DNA of 46,080 nt from an uncultured archaeon. GTDB taxonomy: Archaea > Asgardarchaeota > Lokiarchaeia > Sigyniarchaeales > SOKP01. Where the stretch lies: contig CAYLZE010000033.1 of assembly GCA_964388035.1 (NCBI GenBank), forward strand, positions 1-46,080. Direction: 5' to 3'. Made by a program: the position numbers and the translations under genes. The notes beneath the pieces were generated by a model. It ran no database searches, had not been told where the DNA came from, and was given only the letters and a program-made list of their open reading frames with translations. Below, piece after piece: positions 28,089-38,235 of this stretch; position 1 is the stretch's first letter, and the number at the start of each line of letters is the position of its first letter.

Positions 28089-28655
28089 TGTATCTATTAA
28101 CTTTTTAATTATTTCAATCACGTTATCCGCGGCAGCCTTTACAGTTTCACTCATGTTAAAATCGAAAAAAGGCAAGTCAATATTTTCACTTCTCTCTTCT
28201 AAGGAGTATTCTTCTTGTTTATACAGTTTTAACTCGGTAAACCCCTCAAGATTTTCCGGTACGAATCCAATCATAAAAACCTTTAAGTTAGGAAGCTTTT
28301 CCATTATTAGGTCTATTACTACATGAAGCGGAATGGTATGAGTGGAAATAGGAACAAGATTACATATATTTTCTCGCTCAACAATGCTTACTGTTCCGGG
28401 CTTTTTATTTAAGGTACAAGTATCTAATATGCATAAATGGGAAGGATTGAAATCGATAATCTCATCAATTCGACTTATGGGATCGATACCTGCATTAATA
28501 AATAAGACGTTATTGTCTGAATAAGAAAGTAATTCACTAATAATGTAAACCCCTACCGCATCATCACTTAATTTTTCCTCTCCGATCCCCATAAAAACGA
28601 TTTTTGTAGCCCCATTAAATTTTTCAAGTAGCTTATTAAAAAAAGACTCTGTCAT
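28077..28655 (-). CDS. hycI: Hydrogenase maturation protease (HycI-like)
   Basis: MGIGEEKLSDDAVG, ILDT, ISTHTIPL. Confidence 0.82.
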   Translation of the reverse strand: MTESFFNKLLEKFNGATKIVFMGIGEEKLSDDAVGVYIISELLSYSDNNVLFINAGIDPISRIDEIIDFNPSHLCILDTCTLNKKPGTVSIVERENICNLVPISTHTIPLHVVIDLIMEKLPNLKVFMIGFVPENLEGFTELKLYKQEEYSLEERSENIDLPFFDFNMSETVKAAADNVIEIIKKLIDTLRI

Positions 28656-28906
28656 GACAATAATTTCTTTCCAAAATAATTCCTTTCAAACTATTAAAAT
28701 ATCCTTTATTATAGGAAATTTTCGCTCTATTTTCGTTTCAAATAGGGAATTTCCTCGATTAATACTTCACATAATAATTCTTCTATTTCTAATTAACCTT
28801 ATAGGATTCAATTTCCATTGAAATAATAAGATATTTAAATAACAAAATGAAAAGGAAATTAATAGTTATACAATAGTTGTAACTTTAAAAAAAATCTTGA
28901 GAGAAA

Positions 28907-30829
28907 ATGAAATTAAAAGTTCATGACGGTTCTTTTATTGATGAGAAAGGAAGAACTGTCTTATTAAGAGGGGTGAACTTGAGCGGAAGCTCTAAAGTTC
29001 CCTTCAAACCAAATGGTGCTACTCACATTAAAACCGATTTTCGAGATAATGAGAACGTGTCATTTGTAGGACGTCCTTTGCCCTTAAAGGAGGCACCCGA
29101 ACATTTTCATCGTTTGAAACAATGGGGTTTCAACAGTTTAAGAGTACTAATTACATGGGAAGCTATTGAACATGAGGGTCCAAAAAAATACGATACTGAA
29201 TATTTAGATTATTTGGAAGAATTAATCAAGTTAGCCGTTGATAATGACTTTTTTATCTACATCGATCCCCATCAAGATGTGTGGAGTCGAATGACAGGGG
29301 GAGATGGAGCTCCAGGTTGGACTTTTGAGAAAGTAGGATTAGATTATACCAAATTTAATGCTTCAGAAGCCGCATGTGTGATGCAATATCGTTATGATCC
29401 CGAGGATCCCAGCAAGTTTCTTCCGTTATATTGGGCCGGAAATCATTATCGATTAGCATGTGGTACGATGTGGACCTTATTTTTTGGAAGCAAGGATTTT
29501 GCTCCTTCTAGTAAAATTAATGGAAATGCAACCCAAGATTATTTGCAAGGACACTTTTTTGAGGCAATGAAACAAGTTGCCTTGAGAGTAAAGGATTATC
29601 CTGAAGTACTTGGTTTTGACATATTAAATGAAGCTCCAGAAGGGTTGATTGAAAAGTATGTGGACGGAAGCGAATGGGAAGGAAAATCCGAAGTTTTAGG
29701 GCACGTGTTTACTCCTTTTGATGCGATGTTAACGGGAGCAGGCTATACAAGAATTTTAGGATTTCAAGAAATGAAAAGATTTGGTATTAAAGAAACCCGA
29801 AAAGATGAGTTAAATGGAAATAAGGTCTCTTGCTGGTTAGAGGGAGCCAGAGACATATGGAGGGAAGAAGGAGTTTGGGGATTGGATAACGATAATAATC
29901 CCATAATCCTTAATAATGAATATTTTGTGTTCAAAGACGGAAAAAAGATAGAATTCTATAAAGATTATTTTTCTCCCTTTTTCAAGAACTATTCTGAAGC
30001 AATCCGGAAGGTTTTCCCCAACGCCATCATTTTTTTTACGGGCCCATCGGAAAAAATATTAAAAGGGGGGGAGCTTGATATAAAGATACCGGAAAACAGC
30101 GTTCATGCAGCTCATTGGTATGATGTGGCAACAGTAGGAACTAAAAAAGCCATGTTAAAAGCGAATTATAACCTTATTACTGGCAAACCTGTTGTCGGAA
30201 AAGGAAATGTAAAAAAAATGTTTAAATCACAATTAGAAAGCGTTAAAAAATATGCTAATACTTATCTAGGAGGAATACCAACAATTATCGGAGAATTTGG
30301 ATTAGCTTACGATATCAATAATAAAGAAGCATATGTAAAGTTCAAGAATGATCCCGAAGAAGCGTGGAATACCCATGTGGAAGCCTTGACCATGTATTAT
30401 AATGCTTTGGATGCTAATTTATTACATTCCAATCAATGGAACTATACTCCCGATAATACTAATGAATGGGGCGACATGTGGAATCTTGAAGACTTTTCGA
30501 TGTTTAGCGTGGATCAACTTATTGATTCAAGCGATATTCATAGTGGTGGAAGAGCCATCAAGGGATTTTGTCGACCTCGATTTATTTATTGCACTGGTAA
30601 GCCCTTAGAAATGAGTTTTAAATTAAAAGAGGGCATATTTACCTTTAATTTTGATGGGGATTCTTCGATAGCAGATTACACCATTATATACATTCCCAAA
30701 ATTCAATATCCAAATGGTTATAATGTTGAGGTTTCTGAAGGAGAGATCATTAAGAAGGACGAAGAACAATTATTATTCTTGAAAATAAATGAAAATGGAC
30801 CCCATTCAATACAGATTACAAGGATTTAA
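28907..30829 (+). CDS. GH5 glycosidase, endoglycoceramidase-related / steryl-glucosidase-like, with C-terminal beta domain
   Basis: LRGVNLSG, ITWEAIEH, DPHQDVWSRMTGGDGAPGWT, LNE acid/base, HWYD, IGEFG nucleophile, WNYTPDN, WNLEDFS. Confidence 0.9.
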   Translation: MKLKVHDGSFIDEKGRTVLLRGVNLSGSSKVPFKPNGATHIKTDFRDNENVSFVGRPLPLKEAPEHFHRLKQWGFNSLRVLITWEAIEHEGPKKYDTEYLDYLEELIKLAVDNDFFIYIDPHQDVWSRMTGGDGAPGWTFEKVGLDYTKFNASEAACVMQYRYDPEDPSKFLPLYWAGNHYRLACGTMWTLFFGSKDFAPSSKINGNATQDYLQGHFFEAMKQVALRVKDYPEVLGFDILNEAPEGLIEKYVDGSEWEGKSEVLGHVFTPFDAMLTGAGYTRILGFQEMKRFGIKETRKDELNGNKVSCWLEGARDIWREEGVWGLDNDNNPIILNNEYFVFKDGKKIEFYKDYFSPFFKNYSEAIRKVFPNAIIFFTGPSEKILKGGELDIKIPENSVHAAHWYDVATVGTKKAMLKANYNLITGKPVVGKGNVKKMFKSQLESVKKYANTYLGGIPTIIGEFGLAYDINNKEAYVKFKNDPEEAWNTHVEALTMYYNALDANLLHSNQWNYTPDNTNEWGDMWNLEDFSMFSVDQLIDSSDIHSGGRAIKGFCRPRFIYCTGKPLEMSFKLKEGIFTFNFDGDSSIADYTIIYIPKIQYPNGYNVEVSEGEIIKKDEEQLLFLKINENGPHSIQITRI

Positions 30830-30901
30830 TTTTTTCATTAAAAATTAATTAACTGGGATTAACTACAAAAAAAAGTAATTAAAAAAAAGAATAGGAAAGG
30901 A

Positions 30902-32038
30902 TCATAAGTCCCACTTCATATTTTTATAATTTTGTTGTATTACCTCTTTTACTCCCTTAATGACAGTTCCTGTTCCTTCAGTTTTATAAATTTTCATCAA
31001 TTCATCCATTGAAGTTTTTCTTCCATTTTTGGCGGAAAGATATGCTAAAAGAACTACTGCTACCCCCCCTCTAGCTTCTTCAGGAGTGAATTCAGGTTGT
31101 TTATCTTCTAGAATACATTTAGCAAAATAGGCATCTTCATGCCCCATGGATATCTTGTAGTATTCTGGAAAAGGTCCGTGTTCTATTTTAGGACTATAAA
31201 ATTCTCCCTTTATTTCTGCTTCAGGATGGGAGGAAAAAATCCGAACAGGATCATTCCATGAATGATCTTCAAGGATACTTCCTTTTGTGCCATGTAACTC
31301 TGTTCTATTTGTAAGGGGATGAATAGCGCTAGAAGAAATATCCACGGTAACAATTGCTCCTTCTTTAAAGTGCAATAATACAATGGCGGTATCTTCTGCT
31401 TTACTAGGAGGAGAATTTAGAGTCTTACTCAACCAGCATTCTGCTGAATCAACTTCACCTAAAAGCCAATTTAACATGGTAAATTTATGAACCCCTTGAT
31501 CCATCACCGCGCCACCACCACCTTTATCGAAAGTAAAATTCCAATAATTCAAATCAAAAAATTGAGGGGTTGCATAAGCACCTTCATAGGTTCTTCCTAA
31601 AAATACTTCTCCAATATACCCTCGCACCAATGCATCTTTAATGAATTGGTGGGCGGGTAAGAATCGATGATTCTCAGCAATCATGAATTTTATTCCTGAT
31701 TTTCTTGCGGCGGAAATCATTTCATCACAGTCTTCAAGCGTGGTTGCCATGGGTTTTTCACAGATAACATTCTTCCCTGCTTCAGCAGCAGCTACGACAA
31801 GGTCTTTATGGAGATAATGAGGAACCATTATAAGTACTGCATCAATATCACTTTTTAAAAACTCATTTAAATTAGAATAAGTCTTTAATTTTGAAAATTT
31901 CGCAGTTTTCTGTAAATTATTCTCATCCACATCGAATGCTGAAACAAAATTTACGATAGGATGGCTTTTTGCGCCTAATTTATGGAATCTCCAAGCTCCA
32001 CCAGGTCCAATAATCCCAAATCTAACATTTTCACTCAT
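30902..32038 (-). CDS. Gfo/Idh/MocA family oxidoreductase
   Basis: GIIGPG, PHYLH, CEKPMA, GGGAVMDQGVH. Confidence 0.93.
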   Translation of the reverse strand: MSENVRFGIIGPGGAWRFHKLGAKSHPIVNFVSAFDVDENNLQKTAKFSKLKTYSNLNEFLKSDIDAVLIMVPHYLHKDLVVAAAEAGKNVICEKPMATTLEDCDEMISAARKSGIKFMIAENHRFLPAHQFIKDALVRGYIGEVFLGRTYEGAYATPQFFDLNYWNFTFDKGGGGAVMDQGVHKFTMLNWLLGEVDSAECWLSKTLNSPPSKAEDTAIVLLHFKEGAIVTVDISSSAIHPLTNRTELHGTKGSILEDHSWNDPVRIFSSHPEAEIKGEFYSPKIEHGPFPEYYKISMGHEDAYFAKCILEDKQPEFTPEEARGGVAVVLLAYLSAKNGRKTSMDELMKIYKTEGTGTVIKGVKEVIQQNYKNMKWDL

Positions 32039-32115
32039 TAATTTATTACCTTTTTCTTTTTAATATTGTTTTAATAATAATAAAATAAAAAAAAACCTAA
32101 TTCTCTTAAAAAAAA

Positions 32116-33240
32116 CTATTTCACAAAGATATTTTTCTCTAAACTAGAAAGCCTTTCACAGCCTGTTTTAGTAATTCTATAACAATCTTCGATCCCAATC
32201 AATCCTTGATTCTTAAAATTTTGCCAGACCTCAATATCAAGAACCATATTTTCTTTAAATGGCATGTCTAATTTCTGCATGGGGCTGAAGACGTGCGTCT
32301 CTTCGACCTCTAAACCTATGCTGTGGCCGGTAATAAAACATCTTCCGTACTTTGTTAATGATTTGTGAAATTTGTTGGCGTCATTGTATAAATCCACGGG
32401 TAAGCCCCCAATTTTAATGTTTTTCACGCAATATTCTTGGACTTGTATCATTCTTTCCATGATCCCTTGTGCACCTTCCGGAATTTCACCAATTACAACT
32501 TCTCTACTTACATCTGAAATGTATCCTTTCCATACGGAACCCACATCAAACCTAGTGAGATCACCCGATTTCATTTGAACGCCCGTTCCCGGTGCTTCAG
32601 GATCTGAGGACCCAATACTCATGGTCAGATGATCCCAGCCTTCCGCTCCCTCATTTACGATCGTGCGCCGCGCTATTTGGAGTAATTCGTAATCCGTTAT
32701 GCCTTCGTGCGATTCTTCAAACATTGTTTTTATGGCTTTTTCAGAAATTTCCGTTGATTTTTTAATGCGTTTGACTTCTTCCTCGGATTTGACTAATCTC
32801 ATTTCCAAGAATGCTTGATCTCCATCCATTAAGGTGGCATTTGGAAATTCATTTTTTAAAAACTGATATTGATACGCGGGCATGAGAGATTCATATCCAA
32901 TTTTTTTATCCGACAAATTCCATTCCTTAATTTTATCAGAAACAGCTACCATTGCTGCTTTGGGAGTTCCTATTCCGCGAACATCATTAACCCAAGAAAA
33001 TTTATCGGTACTATTATAAGTGATCCATTTTATAAGGCTTTCCTCGCCATCATTTCTCACCAAGGCTAAATTGGGAAATTGGTTTGATAGAACATATAAA
33101 ATGGGATTGGGAGCAACATGCAAAGTAGGTAAACCCGTTAAGTAAAAAACATTAACGGGAGAAGAAGCGATTAATACATCTATATCATTCTTTTTTAATA
33201 CTTCAGACGCTTTTGTCTTACTAAATCCAATCGGTTGAAT
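32116..33240 (-). CDS. M24 family (Xaa-Pro/creatinase-like) peptidase; N-terminus extended to an ATT codon
   Basis: DVLIASSPVNVFYLTG lies in frame upstream of the called TTG; RLVKSEEE, FDVG..GYISDVSR, GHSIGL, DIE, GIED. Confidence 0.88.
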   Translation of the reverse strand: MQPIGFSKTKASEVLKKNDIDVLIASSPVNVFYLTGLPTLHVAPNPILYVLSNQFPNLALVRNDGEESLIKWITYNSTDKFSWVNDVRGIGTPKAAMVAVSDKIKEWNLSDKKIGYESLMPAYQYQFLKNEFPNATLMDGDQAFLEMRLVKSEEEVKRIKKSTEISEKAIKTMFEESHEGITDYELLQIARRTIVNEGAEGWDHLTMSIGSSDPEAPGTGVQMKSGDLTRFDVGSVWKGYISDVSREVVIGEIPEGAQGIMERMIQVQEYCVKNIKIGGLPVDLYNDANKFHKSLTKYGRCFITGHSIGLEVEETHVFSPMQKLDMPFKENMVLDIEVWQNFKNQGLIGIEDCYRITKTGCERLSSLEKNIFVK

Positions 33241-33504
33241 TTTATGTTCACCATATTTTAATAAAGCTATTAATTATCTATTTTTCACGCTAGTTAATAA
33301 AATTATATAATATATTTTTTAATTACGAAAAAACTAATTGCTTTTTAAGCATGATATAGAGTCAATAATTCTTGACCCATGAGCGACTCATTATTACATT
33401 TAGAATAATTTTTTTTAAAGAACGTTTTTAAAATTTCTCGCCTATTACTCGGTAATAAGAAAAAAATAAAATTAGTATGGAAAAAAAGGAAAATATTAAC
33501 AGAC

Positions 33505-33846
33505 TTAATCCAAATCCATGAATATTTCTAATTTTTGAAGGGCGTTCATGTCTCCTTTAGTTTTCAATTCCCCTTCCATGAAAGCTTCCATTGGGTCAAC
33601 CTCACCGGTTAACATGCCTAAAAAAAGATCAGAATTTACCTCCAAACCCATGGCGGCATTTTCATCAACTCCTTCTTCTATACGAGCTTTTTCATTTTCA
33701 AATATAAATTTTAATTTATAATCGATGTCGGGAAATATAAACTGCATCGTCTTATTATAACCCTCGAATTCTGCTGCAACTTCAGGATCATCTAAAACTT
33801 TAACCCATTTAATTAATTCCTTCTTTAATTCTTCAGGAGAAGCCAT
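33505..33846 (-). CDS. SCP2 sterol/lipid-binding domain protein
   Basis: FLGMLTGEVDPMEAFMEGELKTKGDM. Confidence 0.92.
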   Translation of the reverse strand: MASPEELKKELIKWVKVLDDPEVAAEFEGYNKTMQFIFPDIDYKLKFIFENEKARIEEGVDENAAMGLEVNSDLFLGMLTGEVDPMEAFMEGELKTKGDMNALQKLEIFMDLD

Positions 33847-34094
33847 TTTACATTCACTTTCTTAGGTTTTTTTATATGATAAATACTTTTATTATATACC
33901 TTAATTAGCATATCTTTGAAATAAAACTTTAATCTTACATAATTTTTTTTTTTAGATTTAGTAATAATCTTTTTCTAAAGATTCAATCTTTTTTTTAAAA
34001 TGATGTTTAGAATGTAATCTCTTAATATAAGATAGTATTTGTCTAAAAATCTGTAAAATGAATCGAATTTTTTGGCTTCAATAAAAATAATAAT

Positions 34095-34889
34095 TTAGGG
34101 TTTTGGTTTTTCTTTAATTTCCTTTAATATATCTTGGGGATATTTGGCCTGGAACCAGGGCATGCTGGAATACCAATGACTCCTTATCTTTACCAGCAAT
34201 GAAGGTTTATTCTTATATTTATTGTTTATATCAAAGTAAACTCGTCTATATTTTTCCGCATACTTCCACCCTGCTAATTTAAAACCTGCTAAACGAGATT
34301 TAGGTTTATACATCATCTTGACTCTATTAATCAACCAGAATTGTGTTTTATGACAAGCAAGCAATTGATCTATCAAGTTGAATTCCTCTTTCTTAAAACC
34401 AAAATAAAAATTGGGGCTGAGGGTTTGATAATAATACAGAATGGGATGACAACCAATCAAATCATGATAAATGCAATAAAAAAGTACTTTCCCAGTATTA
34501 ACATGATCCATGTGATAATAGCTAGTATAAATTGCTTCCGGGCCAAAAATAATATCGGGCTGCTCTTTTTTTAAATAACTCGCATATTTTGAAATGATTT
34601 CTCTATTGAAAGGAACTAACCCATCTATATATCCTAAATAAGTAATATTCTCGGGAGGAATCCCATGAATGCTTAGAGCATTTTGTAGTTCACGCAAGCG
34701 AATCTTTGCCAAGAAATCGCCTTTAAATTTATCGTATTGAGCTCCGGGAAGTCCATATTCTCCCAATGTGGTGGAAGCCACTTTAATGATATGTTTTTCC
34801 TTGCTTTTTGTTGCGAGATAATGCAATAAATGCCCGCAATTCAATTCTAGATCGTCCGGATGAGGTTGAACAAACATTATTTTTGCCAA
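34095..34889 (-). CDS. PIG-L/LmbE family de-N-acetylase, paralog 1
   Basis: QPHPDDLE, TLGE, R..E, HMDH, HKTQ. Confidence 0.92.
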   Translation of the reverse strand: MAKIMFVQPHPDDLELNCGHLLHYLATKSKEKHIIKVASTTLGEYGLPGAQYDKFKGDFLAKIRLRELQNALSIHGIPPENITYLGYIDGLVPFNREIISKYASYLKKEQPDIIFGPEAIYTSYYHMDHVNTGKVLFYCIYHDLIGCHPILYYYQTLSPNFYFGFKKEEFNLIDQLLACHKTQFWLINRVKMMYKPKSRLAGFKLAGWKYAEKYRRVYFDINNKYKNKPSLLVKIRSHWYSSMPWFQAKYPQDILKEIKEKPKP

Positions 34890-34910
34890 TTTTAAGACCC
34901 CGTGTTTTTT

Positions 34911-35183
34911 TTATTTTATTACTTCTATTTGTGCTTGATGCTTGGCTAACAAGAACGAGCTGATGATGATTAAAGTAATTGAAACAAGTATGAAAATAGT
35001 TGAAAGGATGCTGGGCGCAATTAATGAGAATACTGCATAATAAACTAGAATGGGGGCGATTTGGATGCGTACCTGTTGTATCGATATTAGGATGCTCGCA
35101 TTTTCAAATTGAAACGATTGTTGAATTTTCGCAACTCCAATCATACTTGAAACTCTAAGGAGATAAAAGAATGAACTTTCTAT
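34911..35183 (-). pseudogene. Internally deleted DMT transporter paralog
   Basis: IESSFFYLLRV (compare MELPSLYWLGV) joined in frame to IGVAKIQQSFQFENASILISIQQ (compare FGIINIQKSFKQANASHMITIQQ) of the neighbouring gene. Confidence 0.75.
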
Positions 35184-35263
35184 ATTTATTCAACTCACCT
35201 TTTTTTAATTTAAAGATAAAATAACTTTGTCTTTTTCATTTATAAATCTTTATTTTTATTTAG

Positions 35264-35490
35264 ATACCTGTATTTGCTGGAATAAGTTGGCTTCCTTTAT
35301 TCCTAATTTTAATGGATAAAACTGATATAACAAAAGAACTATTTGACCACGCATTAATTATATTCGGAGATAACCTTTTATAAGTATCATTACAGATTTA
35401 ATTTTTATTTCATTAAGGAAGGAAGAAAATGCACCTATTGATTCAGAATTAAGAATTGATGAAGAAAGAGAGGAAAAGATTTTAGAATGA
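35264..35490 (+). pseudogene. Possible frameshifted 3' remnant of a membrane-protein gene
   Basis: IPVFAGISWLPLFLILMDKTDITKELFDHALIIFG, then in another frame ISIITDLIFISLRKEENAPIDSELRIDEEREEKILE*. Confidence 0.3.
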
Positions 35491-35492
35491 TC

Positions 35493-36386
35493 TCATTTCA
35501 GTTCGTCCAATTGTAATTGTCTTTTACTTAAAATTAGAGAACTCATGATTATCAGAATGGACCCTCCTATTAAAAGGAATATGGAAAGCATGGTAGGGGG
35601 AATCAACAAGAAAATAAGAAGGTACATTATAATAGGAGTAATATTTAAGGGTATTTGTTGTATGGTGATCATGTGGCTGGCATTTGCTTGCTTGAATGAT
35701 TTCTGGATGTTAATTATGCCAAACGCGTTAGTAAATATAATTATTACTAAACTAATGATAAATAAAATCACTGTTCCAATGTTAACAAATCCAGTTATCA
35801 TATCATCAAAAGAACCAATTACGGGAGCGACCCAAAAATCACTCAAAGAGAACATTAATCCTGAGATTATGGCTAAGAGTATCCCTCTTCCTCTCTTCCT
35901 ATATTTCTGATAAATTCCAAACGCCACGGCCAATGTAAAAAAGACCAAGGTAAAAATTGTAAATCGTACAATAAAATTTATTTCTAAGAAGTCTGTTTCG
36001 GTTATCTCGATAGATAATCCACTAAAACTTAGAAAAAAGGTGGATGATATCATCAAAATGATAGCTAACCACTCGATTTTTTTTAACTGGTCTCCAATGA
36101 TCTTGACCGAGCCAATAGCTAAGACAATAATACCTATATCCATTAATCCGGGCACTAGGGTTGGTCCAATATATAATTGCGCAAAGAAAAAGAATATTGA
36201 TGATACACCAAAGTTTAATATTAAACCAAAAACCCATTTTGGGTTCTTTATTAAGCTTCTCATGAATTTCACGTCATCTGGTAAACCTACTATCACTTTC
36301 TTTTGGATTAACAGCCCCATATTCCCTATGACACCGTTTAAAACAGCAAATAATACTCCAAGCCAATATAAAGAAGGCAGTTCCAT
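35493..36386 (-). CDS. DMT-superfamily transporter (NIPA/EamA-like)
   Basis: About 9 TM; GLLIQKK, LIKNPKWVFG, GPTLVPGL; AGGTGA SD. Confidence 0.8.
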   Translation of the reverse strand: MELPSLYWLGVLFAVLNGVIGNMGLLIQKKVIVGLPDDVKFMRSLIKNPKWVFGLILNFGVSSIFFFFAQLYIGPTLVPGLMDIGIIVLAIGSVKIIGDQLKKIEWLAIILMISSTFFLSFSGLSIEITETDFLEINFIVRFTIFTLVFFTLAVAFGIYQKYRKRGRGILLAIISGLMFSLSDFWVAPVIGSFDDMITGFVNIGTVILFIISLVIIIFTNAFGIINIQKSFKQANASHMITIQQIPLNITPIIMYLLIFLLIPPTMLSIFLLIGGSILIIMSSLILSKRQLQLDELK

Positions 36387-36459
36387 TTTTTTTCACCTTA
36401 ATAAATTATTTTGATCTTTTATTATAAATAATTTATTCTCCTCATGTTGTTTGATAATC

Positions 36460-37257
36460 TCATGACGATTTAGTTCCCTCCTTAAGCTTTGTAACAATAC
36501 TTTGTGGGTATTTAGCTTTAAAAAAAGGCATGCCGGAAAAAAAGTGAGAAAAAACCCTTACCGTGAATGAAGGTTTATTTTTAAGAAAATTGGCTCGATT
36601 AAAGTACACAAAACGATACGGCTCGGCATATTTCCATCCGTTTAATTTTCTTCCATGCCATCGACTAAAAGGTTTATATGGTATCATGGTATGATTAAGC
36701 AACCATCTCTGGGTTTCATGGCAAGCTATCAATTGATCCGTCAGCTTAAAGTCTTCTTTTTTAAAACCAAAATAAAAATTTGGGGATAAGGACGTGAAAA
36801 AGTAAAGCTTTGGAACAAAGTTAATTAATTTATTGTAAATAATATAAAAAACAACCTTCCCTGTATTAACATGATCTTGATGATAATACCATGTATAAAT
36901 GGCCTCTGGAGCGATTATAATCTCTGGTTTCTCTCTCTTTAAATATTCGGTAATCTTTTGAACAATTTCTCTGTTAAATGGCACGAAACCATCAATATAA
37001 CCGAAAAAGTCAACATTCTCGGGAGGAATTCCATGAATTTTTTCCGCATTATTTAACTCTTTAGTTCTTTTTTTGGCAAGAAACTCTCCCTTAAATTTAT
37101 CATATTTGGGTCCGGGAAGTCCGAATTCTCCTCTCGTCATTGATGCTATTTTAATGATGTATTCTTTTTTATTTTGTGTGGCAAGATAATGCATCAAGTG
37201 CCCACATTTATGTTCCAAATCATCAGGATGGGCTTGAAAGAAAATTACTTTCGTCAA
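36460..37257 (-). CDS. PIG-L/LmbE family de-N-acetylase, paralog 2
   Basis: QAHPDDLE, TRGE, HQDH, HETQ; colinear with 34095-34889. Confidence 0.92.
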   Translation of the reverse strand: MTKVIFFQAHPDDLEHKCGHLMHYLATQNKKEYIIKIASMTRGEFGLPGPKYDKFKGEFLAKKRTKELNNAEKIHGIPPENVDFFGYIDGFVPFNREIVQKITEYLKREKPEIIIAPEAIYTWYYHQDHVNTGKVVFYIIYNKLINFVPKLYFFTSLSPNFYFGFKKEDFKLTDQLIACHETQRWLLNHTMIPYKPFSRWHGRKLNGWKYAEPYRFVYFNRANFLKNKPSFTVRVFSHFFSGMPFFKAKYPQSIVTKLKEGTKSS

Positions 37258-37573
37258 TTTATATCCTCTTCTTACGATCTTTTTTTTATCTGCTTATTTT
37301 ATATAAGAGAACCATAAAAGCATATATTCATTTAAAAAACAGATTTAATCGTTTTGGTAATAATATAGATGAGAAAATAAATAAATGTTTTAAAATCATA
37401 GGAATTAAATCAAAAGCTTTAATTTATTGTTGAAATGAGAATTATTTTAATCTATAAATCAAAAGGACAAAGTTAAGTTTAGTTCATAAATATAGCTCCT
37501 TGTTTTCCAATTTGGTATTGCGTTTAGGAAGATTAGGAATAAAATTCATTAGTTAGCAAGCATATTTATTTAC

Positions 37574-38176
37574 TTGAAGATGAGTGAAAATTCCGAAGAA
37601 AAAACCGAAAAAACTCAGATTGAAGGAACAATCGAAAAGGACAAGGTTATAATACGAGATGTGGAGGCTATAACCGATTTTTATAAAAATTCGTACATAG
37701 GGACCTTGGAACAAGCAAAAGATGGCATGCAAGCACTGGTTTTGGAATCCATGGAAGTATTGCTCTTGTGTGAGAGAAGGAGAATTCTTTTGTGGGAAAA
37801 TAATGATCCCTCTAAAAGACAGCATGATTTTGAGAGTCTTTTATCTTATTTTACGCAATTTGATGAAAGGTTATGGTATAAATATATTATTTATTCGGAC
37901 TTGAGAAAACGAGGATACATCGTCCGCACGGGCTATGGGAATGGAATAGATTTCATGGTATATAAAAGAGGGGCAGACTTTGAAAACGAATCTGCTAAAT
38001 ACTTGATTTACGCTGTATTTGAAGGTACCCCGATAGAATTAAGGGATTTGGACTTAATATCCAAGGTGGCCTTAAGTTCAAGGAAAGATTTGATCATTGC
38101 AACGGTCGATCAATTAAGCAAGCCCGTATATTATACGCTGCGTCGGTTTAGTAGAGCAGAATTAAACACGTCCTAA
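37574..38176 (+). CDS. endA: tRNA splicing endonuclease subunit, probably the structural one
   Basis: LESMEVLLL, YSDLRKRGYIVRTG, DFMVYKRG, RKDLIIATVD; catalytic His position reads Ser. Confidence 0.88.
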   Translation: MKMSENSEEKTEKTQIEGTIEKDKVIIRDVEAITDFYKNSYIGTLEQAKDGMQALVLESMEVLLLCERRRILLWENNDPSKRQHDFESLLSYFTQFDERLWYKYIIYSDLRKRGYIVRTGYGNGIDFMVYKRGADFENESAKYLIYAVFEGTPIELRDLDLISKVALSSRKDLIIATVDQLSKPVYYTLRRFSRAELNTS

Positions 38177-38235
38177 TCTTCAATATTTTTTAGAATATAT
38201 GATAATCAATGCTATGATACGAACTTGAAAAAAAA

